Source of the DNA: Eledone cirrhosa
Taxonomy: Eukaryota
Length of the DNA: 64,000 nt
Reading direction: 5' to 3'
NCBI GenBank assembly: GCA_964016885.1
Contig: OZ024761.1
Coordinates: 20,398,001-20,462,000, forward strand
Under the pieces are notes generated by a model. The model saw only the letters and a program-made list of their open reading frames with translations. It was not told the DNA's origin and searched no databases. A program made the position numbers and the translations under genes. Positions 28,397 through 48,837 of this stretch are shown one piece after another. The first letter of the stretch is position 1, and each line of letters opens with the position of its first letter.

Positions 28397-28660
28397 TGTG
28401 TAATAGATATATATGTATTTCTGTGTGTATACATATATATCTATTACACACACAGAAATGTATATATATTTCTGTGTGTATATATATATATATATTTCTG
28501 TGTGTGTGTATATATATATATATATTACACACACAGAAATGTATATATATTTCTGTGTGTGTATATATATATATATTACACACACAGAAATGTATATATA
28601 TTTCTGTGTGTATATATATATATATATATATTACACACACAGAAAGGTATATATATTTCT
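28397..28660. repeat. Self-complementary minisatellite ACACAGAAATGTATATATATTTCTGTGT-(TA)n; further pieces at 29205-29280, 32585-32665, 35537-35575
   Basis: The unit is itself a hairpin; the array is split by the two large RTE insertions. Confidence 0.8.
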
Positions 28661-28784
28661 TAGAACAAAATTATTATTAATGTTTTGCTGTTCATAACAA
28701 TTGGAATTGAAAAATTACTTTTGAAATTATTAGTTATTTTACTAATGCTTAGATATGTAAAAATGAAGCAATGTTTCTAATAAT

Positions 28785-28972
28785 TGTTTCTACTTTTGGC
28801 ACAAGGCCAGCAATTACTCAGTACATTACTGGTACTTTATTTTATCGACCCCGTGAGGATGAAAGGCAAAGTTAACCTCGGCGGTATTTGAACTCAGACC
28901 GTAAAAGGACGTAACTCCATGCTATGAAACATGGTGTCCGACTCTCTACAGATTCTGCCAATCCACCGCCCT
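28785..28972 (-). mobile_element. tRNA-derived SINE with Nin-like central domain; other copies about 12015-12180, 19070-19270, 19575-19762 (-), 55152-55310, 56443-56665, 59240-59420, 60288-60440
   Basis: GAGTTCAAAT B box followed by GTTAACTTTGCCTTTCATCCT(C/T)ACGGGGTCGATAAAATAAAGTACCAGT shared across copies; domain name recalled, not searched. Confidence 0.8.
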
Positions 28973-29279
28973 AATGTCTGTACGTAATGAGGGAGTGAGA
29001 GGGGAGAGAAAGAAAGGCAGAGGTGAAGTGACGAAGTGACTCTCTCCTCCTCCTCCTCCTCCATCTCCCCATTCGTCACAGCGATAGAGGGGAGGAATGT
29101 TAGTGTGTTACAAAGAGAAACAGTGAGAGAAACAGACAGACTAAAAGAGAGGGATAGCTGGAGAGAGAGAGAGATAGCAACAGATAGAGTACAGTAACTA
29201 AGGGATGTATATATATTTCTGTGTGTATATATATATACATTTCTGTGTGTGTAATATATATACATTTCTGTGTGTGTAT

Positions 29280-32200
29280 ATCATCATCATCACCGTTTTA
29301 CATCCGTTCTTCCACGCTAGCATGGGTTAGACGGGTTGTCCTGTTGTGTGCAGTGTCTGGTCGGCTGACCATGCCTTGCTCATACGGGAACTGATCTGGC
29401 TTTTTTCTACAGCTGGATGCCCTTCCTAACACCAACCTCATTTACAGTGAGTGCTGGGTGCTTTTTCGTGGCGCCTACACGTCCACTTTACAGTGTGGGC
29501 TGGGTGCTTTTTTGCCGTGGCACCTCCACGACCACCTGTGGGGGGTGTGGAGGCATATTGTTTATATGCTTCAGCATGTACCCATGGGAGGTCGGGTACT
29601 CTGTATTACTGCATGACGCCAGAAGTCACGGTCGTGTGTCATTGTCTTTGAGAGGTGTAATTGGGTAAGGTCGGCTTTTATCACCTCATCCCAGGTAATC
29701 TTGGGTCTCCCCACTCTGCGGGTTCCATCAACTTCTAGTGCTCTGCACCTTTTTATGCAGCTGTCATCCTTCATACGCATCACATGTCCATACCAGCGCA
29801 ACCGCCTCTCCTGCACACAGCATTTGATTCCTCTTATGCTCAGTCTCTCTCTCAATTCATTTATGCTTTGTCATTCACGTATATTACTGTTACACATCCA
29901 TCGGAGCATGCAGGCTTCGTTTCTCTCTAATCTACGTAAGTCTTCCACCTTCAGCGCCCAGGTCTCACTACCATGCAACATCGCTGTTCGGATACACGCA
30001 TCATACAGTCTGCCTTTCATTCTGTGGGAGAAGCCTTTTGCAGCTAGCAGTGGTAGTAGTTCCCTAAACTTCTTCCATCTCGTTCTTACCCTAGTTATTG
30101 TACTTTCTGAACACCCACCTCCGTTGCTAATTCGGTCACCTAGGTAGCAGAAGCTGTCTACTGTTTCTACAGGGCCCTCCCAGAGATTGGCGGTACTTGT
30201 TTCCTGTGGCTGTTTGCTGCTTGCTGTTTCAGCACAGCTGCTGCATGTGAATCCTACATTCTTAATTAAGCTTCCTGAGATCCCGCTACATCTCTTGTGT
30301 ACCCATTGTTTGCATTTGGGGCAGAGAATGGAGTTCCTACCTACACCTTTCCTACATACTGAGCAAGGCCATTTCCCTGAGGGGATCTGGGTTCTGTTTT
30401 CTCGTCTACTTACAAGGACCTTAGTCTTTGTCATGTTGACTTTGAGACCCTTTCTCTCTAGTCCCTGCTTCCAGGTTTGGAATTTATTCTCTAGTTCTAC
30501 CATAGATTCAGCTATGAGTGCGAGGTCATCAGCATACAGGAGTTCCCATGGGCATCCGGTCTTAAACTCCTCCGTTATTGCCTGCAGGACTATGATGAAC
30601 AGGAGATGGCTAAGAACAGAGCCCTGGTGGACCCCAACCTGTACGCTAAATTCCTCGCTATACTCATTGCTAATCCTAACTTTGCTGACTGCTCCCCTAT
30701 ACATGGCTTGTACCGCTTTCACAAGCCATTCATCTACTCCTAGTTTTCTAAGAGCCCACCACATTACAGCACGTAGAACTCTGTCAAAGGCTTTCTCAAG
30801 GTCGACAAATGCCAAGTAGAGTGGCTTACTTTTAGCTAGGTACTTTTCCTGTAATTGCCTCACAAGGAAGAGGGCATCAGTGGTGCCTCTTCCTGGTACA
30901 AACCCAAATTGCATCTCGTCTATATTCACCCGGTCCCTAATCAGCTGTGCTATAACTCTTTCTGTTACTTTCATGACCTGGTCCATCAACTTTATACCTC
31001 TATAGTTTCCTCTATCTAGTGCATCGCCTTTGCCTTTGTAGCAGTTGACAATGATGCTACTGCACCAATCTTTTGGTATGGCCCCTTCTAGTATTACCTG
31101 GTTAACGATACGTGTGGTTATAGTGTAACCTACAGACCCAGATGCCTTCAGCATCTCGGCAGCTATACCCGATGGACCGGTTGCCTTCTCCATCTTCATA
31201 TCTCTGATTGCCTTACTTACTACGCTGCCGCTGACTTGTACTGCTGGTCCCTCTATAGGGTCTACTTGGGGTAGGGTCTCTTCTTCCCATGCATTCTCCT
31301 CATTTAGTAATCTATCATAATGACTCTTCCATGCATCTTTCTTCTCAGCACTTGTGAGGGCAAGCTCACCTTTATCATTCCGGATATACTTCTCTCCAAT
31401 GACATCACAACTATCTCTGACACACTGCCTCGCAATCTTGAATACCTCCTGTTTCTGATCCTCACGTTGTAAAACATGCTTGAATTTTCTATCTTCTGCT
31501 TCCCTCCTAGCTAAGTATACTTGTCGCCTAGCTTCCCTCTTGGTCTCTATGTAATGTACCCTGCTCCCCCCGTTCTTCCATTCTTTCCATGCCTGTCTCT
31601 TGGCCTTGACTGCTTCATCTACCTTATTGTTCCACCACCAAGTCCCTCTCCTCCTGCTTGAGGTCTTACTCCAGCCACAGACCTCGTCCGTCGCCTCTAG
31701 TAAATTATTTTTTAGGAACTCCCAGTTCTCTTCTACATTAAATGTCTCTATCTGTTCTTCTTTACTGTCGTAGGCGTTGAGTAAAATATCTTTAAATCTG
31801 TTACTGGTTGAGGGGACTTTCAGCTTCCAGATCTTTCTTCTCCAGGTTGACCTCTGTTTCAGGGCTCGTCTAGTTCTGACCGTGAGGTCGCTGACAACTA
31901 AGCTATGTTGGGATGTACATTCCTCACTAGGGAAGGCTTTTGTGTTTACGACCGTCCATCTGTCACGTCCTCTGATGAGGATAAAATCTAACTGGCTAGA
32001 GTGCTCCCCTGATCTATAGGTGATCAGGTGGTTGTCGGGTTTTTTAAAGTTTGTGTTACATATCGACATGTCATTGGCGTCGCAGAATTCTAGAAGTCTG
32101 AATCTTTCCTCATTCCTTGTGCCAACTCCATGGCCTCCATGTACTCTATTGAAGCTGTCGCAGTGTTTACCTATGTGTCCGTTAAAATCTCCTGCGATGA

Positions 32201-32585
32201 TTAGGAAGTCCTTGTCGTCTGTTAGAGCAGTAGTGTGTATTAGGGACTCGTAAAACCTATCCTTAAGTTCGTCTGGCAGCCCCGATTGGGGTGCGTAAGC
32301 TGATATTATTGTGGTAATTGTCTTATTCAGGACTAGTCTGAGTTTAATGATTCTTGCATTTACTCTGTACACTGAGATTACTTTATCTACCCACTTGTCA
32401 GCTAGTAGTATACCTACACCACCCATCCCATCGTCATTTCCCACCCAGAAAAATTTGTAGCACTGGCTTTTTCCTACAAGGACTCTAGCAGACTCTCCTC
32501 TCCATCTAGTCTCTTGCACACAGCATACATCAACTTCCTTTCGCTCTAGCATGTCTACGATTTCTCCTGCTCTTCCTTTCATTGA
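29280..32585 (-). mobile_element. Near full-length RTE LINE family B (APE endonuclease + RT + PHD-like finger), premature stop at 29871-29873
   Basis: VQETRW, AYAPQ, GDFNGH, HSLVV (APE); FVDLEKAFD, GVHQGS, YADD (RT); the CGA seen in the 25830 copy is TGA here. Confidence 0.96.
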
Positions 32586-32665
32586 GCCTATATATGTATA
32601 TATATTACACACACAGAAATGTATATATATTTGTGTGTGTATATATATATATTTCTGTGTGTATA

Positions 32666-35536
32666 TATGATGCAAATAACCTAACTATCTGTAACACTAA
32701 CTTCAAAAAACGTGACAATCACCTGATTACCTATAGATCCGGGGAACACACAAGCCAGGTAGATTATATCCTTACCAGAAGACGTGACAGAGTGTCTGTT
32801 GTAAACACTAAATCCCTCCCCCATGAAGAATGCACCTCCCAACATAGACTGATAATTAGCGACCTCATAGTCAGGACGAGACGCACCCGACAGCAGAAGA
32901 GGACTATCCTCAGGAGGAAAATATGGAAACTAAAAGACCCCACAGCCAGAAATAAATTTCAAAGCATATTACTTGATGCTTTCGACAGTAAGGAAGAGCA
33001 TCTAGAATCGGACAATATAGAGGGACAGTGGAAATTTCTGAAAGCTAACCTGCTGTTGGCGACAGACGAAGTCTGTGGCTGGAGCAGGCCTGTAGGCAGG
33101 AGGAGAGTAACATGGTGGTGGAACAGTAAGGTGGAGGGGTCAATTAAGGCCAAAAAGCAGGCTTGGAAAGTATGGCGGGATGGGGGAAGTAGAGTAGACT
33201 ATCAAGTGGCCAGGAGGGAAGCTAGGAGAGAAGTGTACTTAGCAAGAAGGGAAGCTGAGGAAAGAAAGTTCAAGCATGTTCTACAACGCGATGACCAAAA
33301 ACGTGAGGTGTTCAGGATTGCCAGGCAATGCGTCAAGGAAAACCGTGATATTGTCGGGGAGAAGTGTGTACTTAACGATGATGGCATACTTGCCATCACC
33401 GACACTGATAAGAAGGTAGCTTGGAAGTGTCACTATGAAAGGCTACTAAATGAGGAGAATAAATGGGAGAAAGACAGTCTCCCCCATATCGACCCGATAG
33501 AGGGACCAGCAGTGTTAGTCGAGGGGAGTATAATAAGTAAGGCAATCAAGGATATGAAGACTGGTAAGGCGGCTGGGCCTTCGGAAATAGTTGCTGAGAT
33601 GCTGAAGGCATCTGGCACGGTGGGACACACCATGGTCACCCGCATAGTTAACCAAGTCGTACAGAATGGGGTTGTTCCGAAGGACTGGCATAGCAGCATC
33701 ATCGTTAACTGTTATAAGGGTAAAGGAGACGCCCTAGATAGGAGTAACTATAGAGGCATTAAATTAATCGACCAGGTCATGAAGGTCACGGAAAAAGTAA
33801 TAGCGCAACTAATCAGAGAGAGAATTGATCTAGATGAAATGCAGTTCGGGTTTGTGTCAGGCAAAAGCACCACAGACGCTCTTTTCATAGTACGACAACT
33901 ACAGGAGAAGTACCTAGCTAAAGGTAAACCCCTCTACTTAGCTTTTGTCGACCTGGAGAAAGCCTTCGACAGAGTCCCCCGCTCCATTATCTGGTGGGCT
34001 CTTAGAAAACTAGGCGTTGACGAATGGCTTGTGAGGGCTATACAAGCCATGTATAAAGAAACAGTCAGCAAGGTTAGAATTAACAACGAATATAGTGAAG
34101 AGTTTAGCGTAAAAGTTGGCGTCCATCAGGGCTCTGTTCTCAGCCCCCTACTATTTATTATTGCCCTTCAGGCTATAACAGAGGAGTTCAAGACAGGCTG
34201 CCCATGGGAACTCCTATACGCAGACGACCTGACACTCATAGCGGAATCAATGGCCGAGCTAGAGATGAAATTCCAAACATGGAAGCACGGCCTAGAGTCA
34301 AAAGGACTTAAAATTAACCTGGCTAAGACCAAAGTTCTAGTTTGTAGGAAAGAAAACAAGGCGGCGGTCCCTTCTGGGAAATGGTCGTGCTCGGTATGTA
34401 GGAAAGGCGTAGGTAGAAACTCCATCTTATGTCCTAAATGCAAAGTATGGGTGCATAAAAGATGTAGTGGGATCACAGGTAAGCTAACTAAGAACATAGA
34501 CTTTACATGTGGCCGGTGTTCTGGTGCAATAAGTAGCAGCAAGTGCCCACAAAATACTAGCTCTTTCAATTGCGCAGAGGGTTTTATAGAAATAGTGGAC
34601 AGCTTCCGTTACCTGGGCGATAAAATCAGCAGTGGGGGAGGGTGCTCTGAAAGTACTGTAGCTAGAGTCAGAACTGGTTGGAAAAAGTTCAGAGAGCTTA
34701 TACCACTATTAGCTGCTAAAGGGTTCTCCCTAAAAATGAAAGGCAGGTTGTACGATGCCTGCATACGAACAGCAATGTTGCATGGTAGTGAGACCTGGGC
34801 ATTGTGTGCAGAGGATATACGCAGACTAGAGAGGAACGAAGCTTGCATGCTCCGCTGGATGTGTAACAGTAATATACGTGAACGGCAAAGCATAAACGAA
34901 CTAAGGAAAAAATTAGAGATAAGAGGGATCAGATGTTGTTTACTCGAGAGAAGGCTGCGTTGGTATGGACACGTGATGCGCATGAAAGTCGATAGCTGTA
35001 TTACAAAGTGCAGGGCAATAAAGATAGACGGTAGCCACGGAATAGGCAGACCTAGAAAAACATGGGATGAGCTGATAAACTCCGACCTCACACACTTACA
35101 CCTCTCCAAGACAATGTCACTGGACCGTGACCTTTGGCGGTACTCAGTAACAGAGAAGACCCGCCTTGCCAGTAGGCATCTCTAACAAAATACACCCCTC
35201 CCGCCGCCACCCCCACCCCATCCACACCACCCCGTTCTATGTAAAGTTATGTTGGTGCCGCGCCATCCAGGCCGAAACAAATGAGATCGTGTAGGTGTCA
35301 CGACAAAAAAACACACAGTCCACGCTGTAATGTGGCCGTGTAGGCAACACGGTAAAAACCTCCCAGACCCACACTGTAAATGTGGTTGGTGTTAGGAAGG
35401 GCATCCAACTGTAGAAAACCTGCCAGACAGTCCTATGCGAGCAAGACAATCACTCTTGCCTCAAGTGGGACTACCCCCGTCCAAACCCATGCAAGCGTGG
35501 AACACGGACGTTAAACGTTGATGATGATGATGATGA
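32666..35536 (+). mobile_element. RTE LINE family C, 5'-truncated within the APE domain, ORF open to 35185, 3' UTR and (GAT)n tail; UTR-only copies 2225-2480 (+) and 43965-44285 (-)
   Basis: SQVDYIL, SQHRLII, FVDLEKAFDRVP, GVHQGSVLSP, YADD, PHD-like CSVC...CPKC...HKRC...CGRC. Confidence 0.96.
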
Positions 35537-36639
35537 TATATTACACACACACAGAAATGTATATATGCTTCTGTAGCACTCCTCAATTCCCCCCTCTCTC
35601 CCTTCCGCTATCCCCCTCTTGTAGTCTGTCTCTTTCTTTCACTCTCACTCTCTCTCTACGCGTCGGACAGACAGACAGAGAAATTGCTGGTTATATATTA
35701 TAAGGAGATTAGACCAGATTAAAGTTTAAGCAAAGAACCACGGGATCTAAAAGGGTGATAACAGTGGTTCTTTGCTTAAACTTTAATCTGTACTAAAAAT
35801 AAATATCTCTATATATATATATATTGACATACGATATACATCACTGACTGATTTTAACCATCATTCTATATCGTAATTTTCAGTCCACGGAAATAGCCCT
35901 CCAATACTATACAAGGTGGCCCTTCCAGCTATCCCCACCAGTGTTTGTAAGAAGCGTTCTAAAATGGAAATTTCAGATGGAGTTCTTTGTGCTGGAGATT
36001 TTATTGAAGGTGGTGCAGCTACTTGCCAGGTACGTTAATATTGATATAATAATAATAAATAACTATTTCTCTATTACCCTATCACGTGTTCCTGCAGACT
36101 GACTGAGGCCATGCTGGGGCATTAATATAAAATATACATAGTGACAGCAAATTCTCTGTAAAAACAATTATTTAAATTTACAAAAAGATTCCTTTTGTCT
36201 TATAGATATAGAATGACTGTCTTGTTTGTGTGAAATAGTCTCTAAATATAACAAGGTTTATATAATGTCTATTGATTTCAGTTACATATAGTTGTATATT
36301 GTTTGTTGTTGTTGTTACAGGGTGATTCTGGTGGTCCACTTTACTGTCCTAGTTCAAACGGTCAAATGGTGTTAGCTGGAATAACCTCATATGGATACAA
36401 ATGTAATAAAGAAATCAGTGCCTTTACTGATGTTGGATATTTCAGAAACTGGATCAATAATCACTTGTAAGAAGAACTTTATTGAACATTTTCTGTTTAT
36501 GTAGAAATATTAACAAAATATTATCTATGATGTATTAAGAAACTAATAAACCTATCAAATAAATTATTGAAATTGTGGTTATTGTTATCTTGTTTTAAAT
36601 CTGAGTTTAAAACAACCTGTGGTCAATTTTGCCAATATA

Positions 36640-37378
36640 GTGTGTAGCTTGGAGATCAGAGTCAGTCAAGGTAGAGCCACTGGACAGATTTGTGGCTCAG
36701 AGATCAGAGAGTCACTCCAGGTAGAGTCAGTGGACAGATTTGTAGCTCAGAGATCAGAGAGTTACTCCAGGTAGAGCCAGTACTTCTCTAAATTGAGATA
36801 TCACAGCTCCAATACTATGGGTATGTGGTCAGAATGTCTCAGGAAATAATGTGTAGTTCATAGATCAAAGAATCACTCTAGGTAGAGCCACTACTTCTAT
36901 GAATTGAGAGATCACAGCTCTGATACTATGAGCATGTGGTTAAAATGTCTCAGGAAAGAATCATTTGACAGATTTGTAGTTCATAGATCAGAGAGTCACT
37001 CCAGGTAGAGCCACTATTTCTCTGAATTGAGAGATCACAGCTCCGATACTATGGACATGTAGTCAGAATGTCTCAGGAAAGAATCTCTGAATTGAGAGAT
37101 CACAGCTCTGACACTACAGACATGTGGTTAGAATGTTTTGGGAAAGAATCTCTGAATTGAGAGATCACAGCTCTGATACTACAGACATGTGGTTAGAATG
37201 TCTTGGGAAAGAATCTCTGAATTGAGAGATCACAGCTCTGATACTAAAGACATGTGGTTAGAATGTCTCAGGAAAGAATCTCTGAATTGAGAGATCACAG
37301 CTCTGATACTAAAGACATGTGGTTAGAATGTCTCAGGAAAGAATCTCTGAATTGAGAGATCACAGCTCTGATACTACA
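36640..37378 (+). repeat. About 61-bp minisatellite derived from RTE (Expander/Rex3-like) coding sequence
   Basis: Unit GAATTGAGAGATCACAGCTCTGATACTA...CATGTGGTTAGAATGTCTCAGGAAAGAATC matches the LINE fragment at about 62780-62870. Confidence 0.8.
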
Positions 37379-38049
37379 TGGAGACACATGGCTTAGTGGT
37401 TAGAGCATTGGCCTTGCAATCGAAAGGTTGTGAGTTCAATTCTCAGACCGGGTGATGTGTTGTTTCCTTGAGCAAGACACTTTATTTCACATTGCTCCAG
37501 TTTACTCAGCTGTAGAAATGAGATGATAGGGACTGGGGTCCCTATCATTCCACTGCAAAGTGGTCGTGGAGGTGCCACGGCAAAAAAGCACCCAGCACTC
37601 ACTGTAAATGAGGTTGGTGTTAGGAAGGGCATCCAGCTGTAGAAATCAAGCCAGAATCAGTTCCCGTCCCACCCTTGCAAGCAGGGAAACGTGGACGTAA
37701 AATGAAATGATGATGATGATGATACATCCGTACATACCCACACACATGAATGAATGAAATTATTGTGTACAATACTCATCAAAGGTGCATGTATAGTACA
37801 TAGAATAATATACAAATGTCAGGAAAATGAACAGTGTATGAGTCATGAAATACATGTGTGTGTGTATGGAGGGGAATATTTGGTGTAGTGTTGGCGAATC
37901 TCAGGAAGCATGGAGGTTTTAAATGATGCAGTGCCTCGACAGCTAACAACTGGTGCAGGGCGTTTATACATCTATACACACAAACATACATACATAAAGA
38001 CATACATAATATACATACATAAACACATACATACAGACACTCATACGTA

Positions 38050-38908
38050 CATTTTACAGAAAAAGTTGTGCATGGATACTTGAGGCATAAAACACAGACC
38101 ATAGAGGGGATAAACCACTCAAAAAGCCTGGCATGGAGTTCCGACAAGTTTATGACATCACACCTTGAGGGATATCTCTATGCAATACAGGAACAAGAAC
38201 TCCCTACCAAATATCTGCTGCACAAAAGAGGAGGGCCAGCAGCTGACAATAAATGTAGGCTATGTAAAACAAAGATCGAGGATGTAAGCCACATTGTTGC
38301 CAGCTGCGAAAGAATGTCATCTCACTACTACCTCCCCATGAGACACGATGGGATAGCTAGAACCATCTGGAATGCACTTCGGAAAACAAAATTAACAACA
38401 AACGAGGAAAAATATATTGAGACAGATGGCACTAAGGAATACTGGTGGAACCTGAAAATAAAAACTGCCACCAAATTAAAGCACAACCGGCCTGATATTG
38501 TAGTTTGGGACCACACATTGAAAACGTGTTCTGTTGTGGAGATCAGCTGCCCACTTGATGTAAACGTTGTCAGAAAAATACAGGAGAAGGAGGACATCTA
38601 CGGACCATTGATGAGGAGTTTACAAATCCAGTATCCAAGATACACCTTTAGCTTCATACCCATCATTATTGGTGCTACGGGTTATATACCAACCCGCTTG
38701 GACCAAAGTATGACTGAACTTGGATTTGCAGACAAAAAGCGCAGCTCCCTAATTCATAGTCTACAAATGGCTGCAATAGCTGGCACCTTCAAAATTTGCA
38801 AAACATTCTTACGATTCAAGGGATGACAATTTCTTTTCTTTTACAACCTTGCCACCAGGAAGGTGGCCGGTCAAAAAAATATACTCGAAATTAAGAGAAA
38901 GAGAAAAC
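38050..38908 (+). mobile_element. 3' end of a restriction-like-endonuclease non-LTR retrotransposon (R4/Dong-like), embedded in (ACAT)n
   Basis: ORF 38068-38826: CRLC...E...H...C knuckle, RHD, and RPDIV...VVEISCP PD-(D/E)xK-type motif. Confidence 0.88.
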
Positions 38909-39228
38909 ATATATACATACATAACATAACACAACATACATACATACACACAAACATACATACATAGATACATAACATACACACACACACATACCGACCA
39001 ACAGGATGAGGAATACATTGTCCCACTGGAGGACAGCCAGGGTGACATACTAGAACGATTCCTCTTCGTTACTTTGTACAGGCTTTTTCAAAACCACAAA
39101 AAAGCATGTTTTATTCTGATACATAAATAAATGAACAAAGAAATATTGATAAATATTATGTTTATTAAATTATTTATGTAAAAATAAGAATGAAGAATGT
39201 TTACTTGGTCAATGTAAATATTTATTAT

Positions 39229-39740
39229 ACCTTTAGCATTTACATTACTCTATATATACTATTGTATTTTCACAGTAAAGGCTTTACCTCACATAATATC
39301 TCACATAACATTTACATTACTCTATATATACTATTGTATTTTCACAGTAAAGGCTTTACCTCACATAATACCTCACATAACATTTACATTACTCTATATA
39401 TACTATTGTATTCTCACAGTAAAGGCTTTACCTCACATAATATCTCACATAACATTTACATTACTCTATATATACTATTGTATTCTCACAGTAAAGGCTT
39501 TACCTCACATAATATCTCACATAACATTTACATTACTCTATATATACTATTGTATTTTCACAGTAAAGGCTTTATCTTACATACTATCTCACATAATATA
39601 AAATTTATGAGATTTTGATATTATTTATTTTGAGAACAATCCATTAACATCAGTATGAGTGGCCAGTTACAACCAGTTTGAACAGAAAGAGGTGAGAGAA
39701 TTCTGGCTGGATATGGCCAGTTTAAATGCTAAAGGGTTAA
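39229..39740. mobile_element. piggyBac-like MITE with an internal 72-bp unit expanded about 5 times, in the 3' UTR of paralogue B
   Basis: Ends TAAATGCTAAAGGG-TTAA 8 bp from the stop codon; 72-bp period (39237, 39309, 39381...). Confidence 0.75.
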
Positions 39741-39748
39741 TGTGTCCT

Positions 39749-47927
<8,179 letters not shown>

Positions 47928-47966
47928 GGTGTTAATAGATGTGAAACTGTTTGTGTAGAAACACTA

Positions 47967-48050
47967 ACTGATACCAGAGCTAAGGACAGTGGGGATTTTA
48001 TAAGCAAGGTGTCATTCTTGAAATAAACACCTTCAGTAAAGTAACAGCTG
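47967..48050 (-). promoter_or_regulatory. Core promoter of paralogue B (Inr-like TCAGTT, TATAAAA 47996-48002, E-box CAGCTG 48045-48050)
   Basis: Near-identical to the A/C promoters from TATA to ATG; diverges upstream but keeps CAGCTG at the same distance. Confidence 0.7.
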
Positions 48051-48242
48051 ACTCTATCTAACAATATTTCAACAATATATCCAGAGAATAACAGAGAATG
48101 TTCTATTTCAAAGCAATACATGTTATCCATGTCAGACATAAAATCAATATAATCTTACATTGGGTGAAGTGAAGAGTTGCTGGTTGCAGACATAATGGTT
48201 ATAATCTTTAAAAGTGCATACCATATATTTGTCATATGTTTA

Positions 48243-48308
<66 letters not shown>

Positions 48309-48453
48309 ATACAGAAGCGAAAACCAACCAAACAGTGACCCTCCTCAAGTATAACAATACATATATACATGAAGTGTGCAAGTCTAAATCAGAAGTGTGC
48401 ACATGTGTTTGAATAATGAGTGTGGGTAAAAATATAAGAGTAACATACCCGGA

Positions 48454-48565
<112 letters not shown>

Positions 48566-48616
48566 TTAAAACAGCCGCAGTCGAATTTTCAATTTCTTTT
48601 CCTTATATATATATGT

Positions 48617-48688
<72 letters not shown>

Positions 48689-48709
48689 GTATATATACAT
48701 ATATATATA

Positions 48710-48780
<71 letters not shown>

Positions 48781-48837
48781 TTAATTACTTAACAATGAAA
48801 ATAAAATCTTTTATTTTACAGATGTTGTTAAAATAAT

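Larger units (their letters stand above)
20233..36470 (+). pseudogene. S1A serine protease paralogue A with 1-nt frameshift in exon 4 (exons 20233-20281, 20779-20938, 24281-24408, 26998-27131, 35884-36029, 36321-36470)
   Basis: All GT-AG sites are canonical and the IVGG, TAAHC, NDIA and GDSGGP motifs are present; AATAAA at 36545. Exon 4 is 134 nt versus 135 in paralogues B/C/D: ACA-TTGTC-AAA where paralogue D has AAA-TGTGTC-AAA, giving a stop at 27126-27128. Could be a sequencing error. Confidence 0.85.

Noticed and set aside
31972-31978. CTGATGA as a hammerhead core (also 55143-55149 minus, 19365-19371 minus)
   Set aside because: No correctly placed GAAA, stem III or stem I partner; chance matches.
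32582-32675. Overlapping starts of the 934-aa and 867-aa ORFs as a bidirectional gene pair
   Set aside because: The starts are minisatellite translations; both ORFs are 5'-truncated LINEs.
35990-36029. Calling the proteases trypsins or assigning a gene symbol
   Set aside because: Position 189 is Ser or Ala, not Asp, and no orthology can be established from sequence alone.
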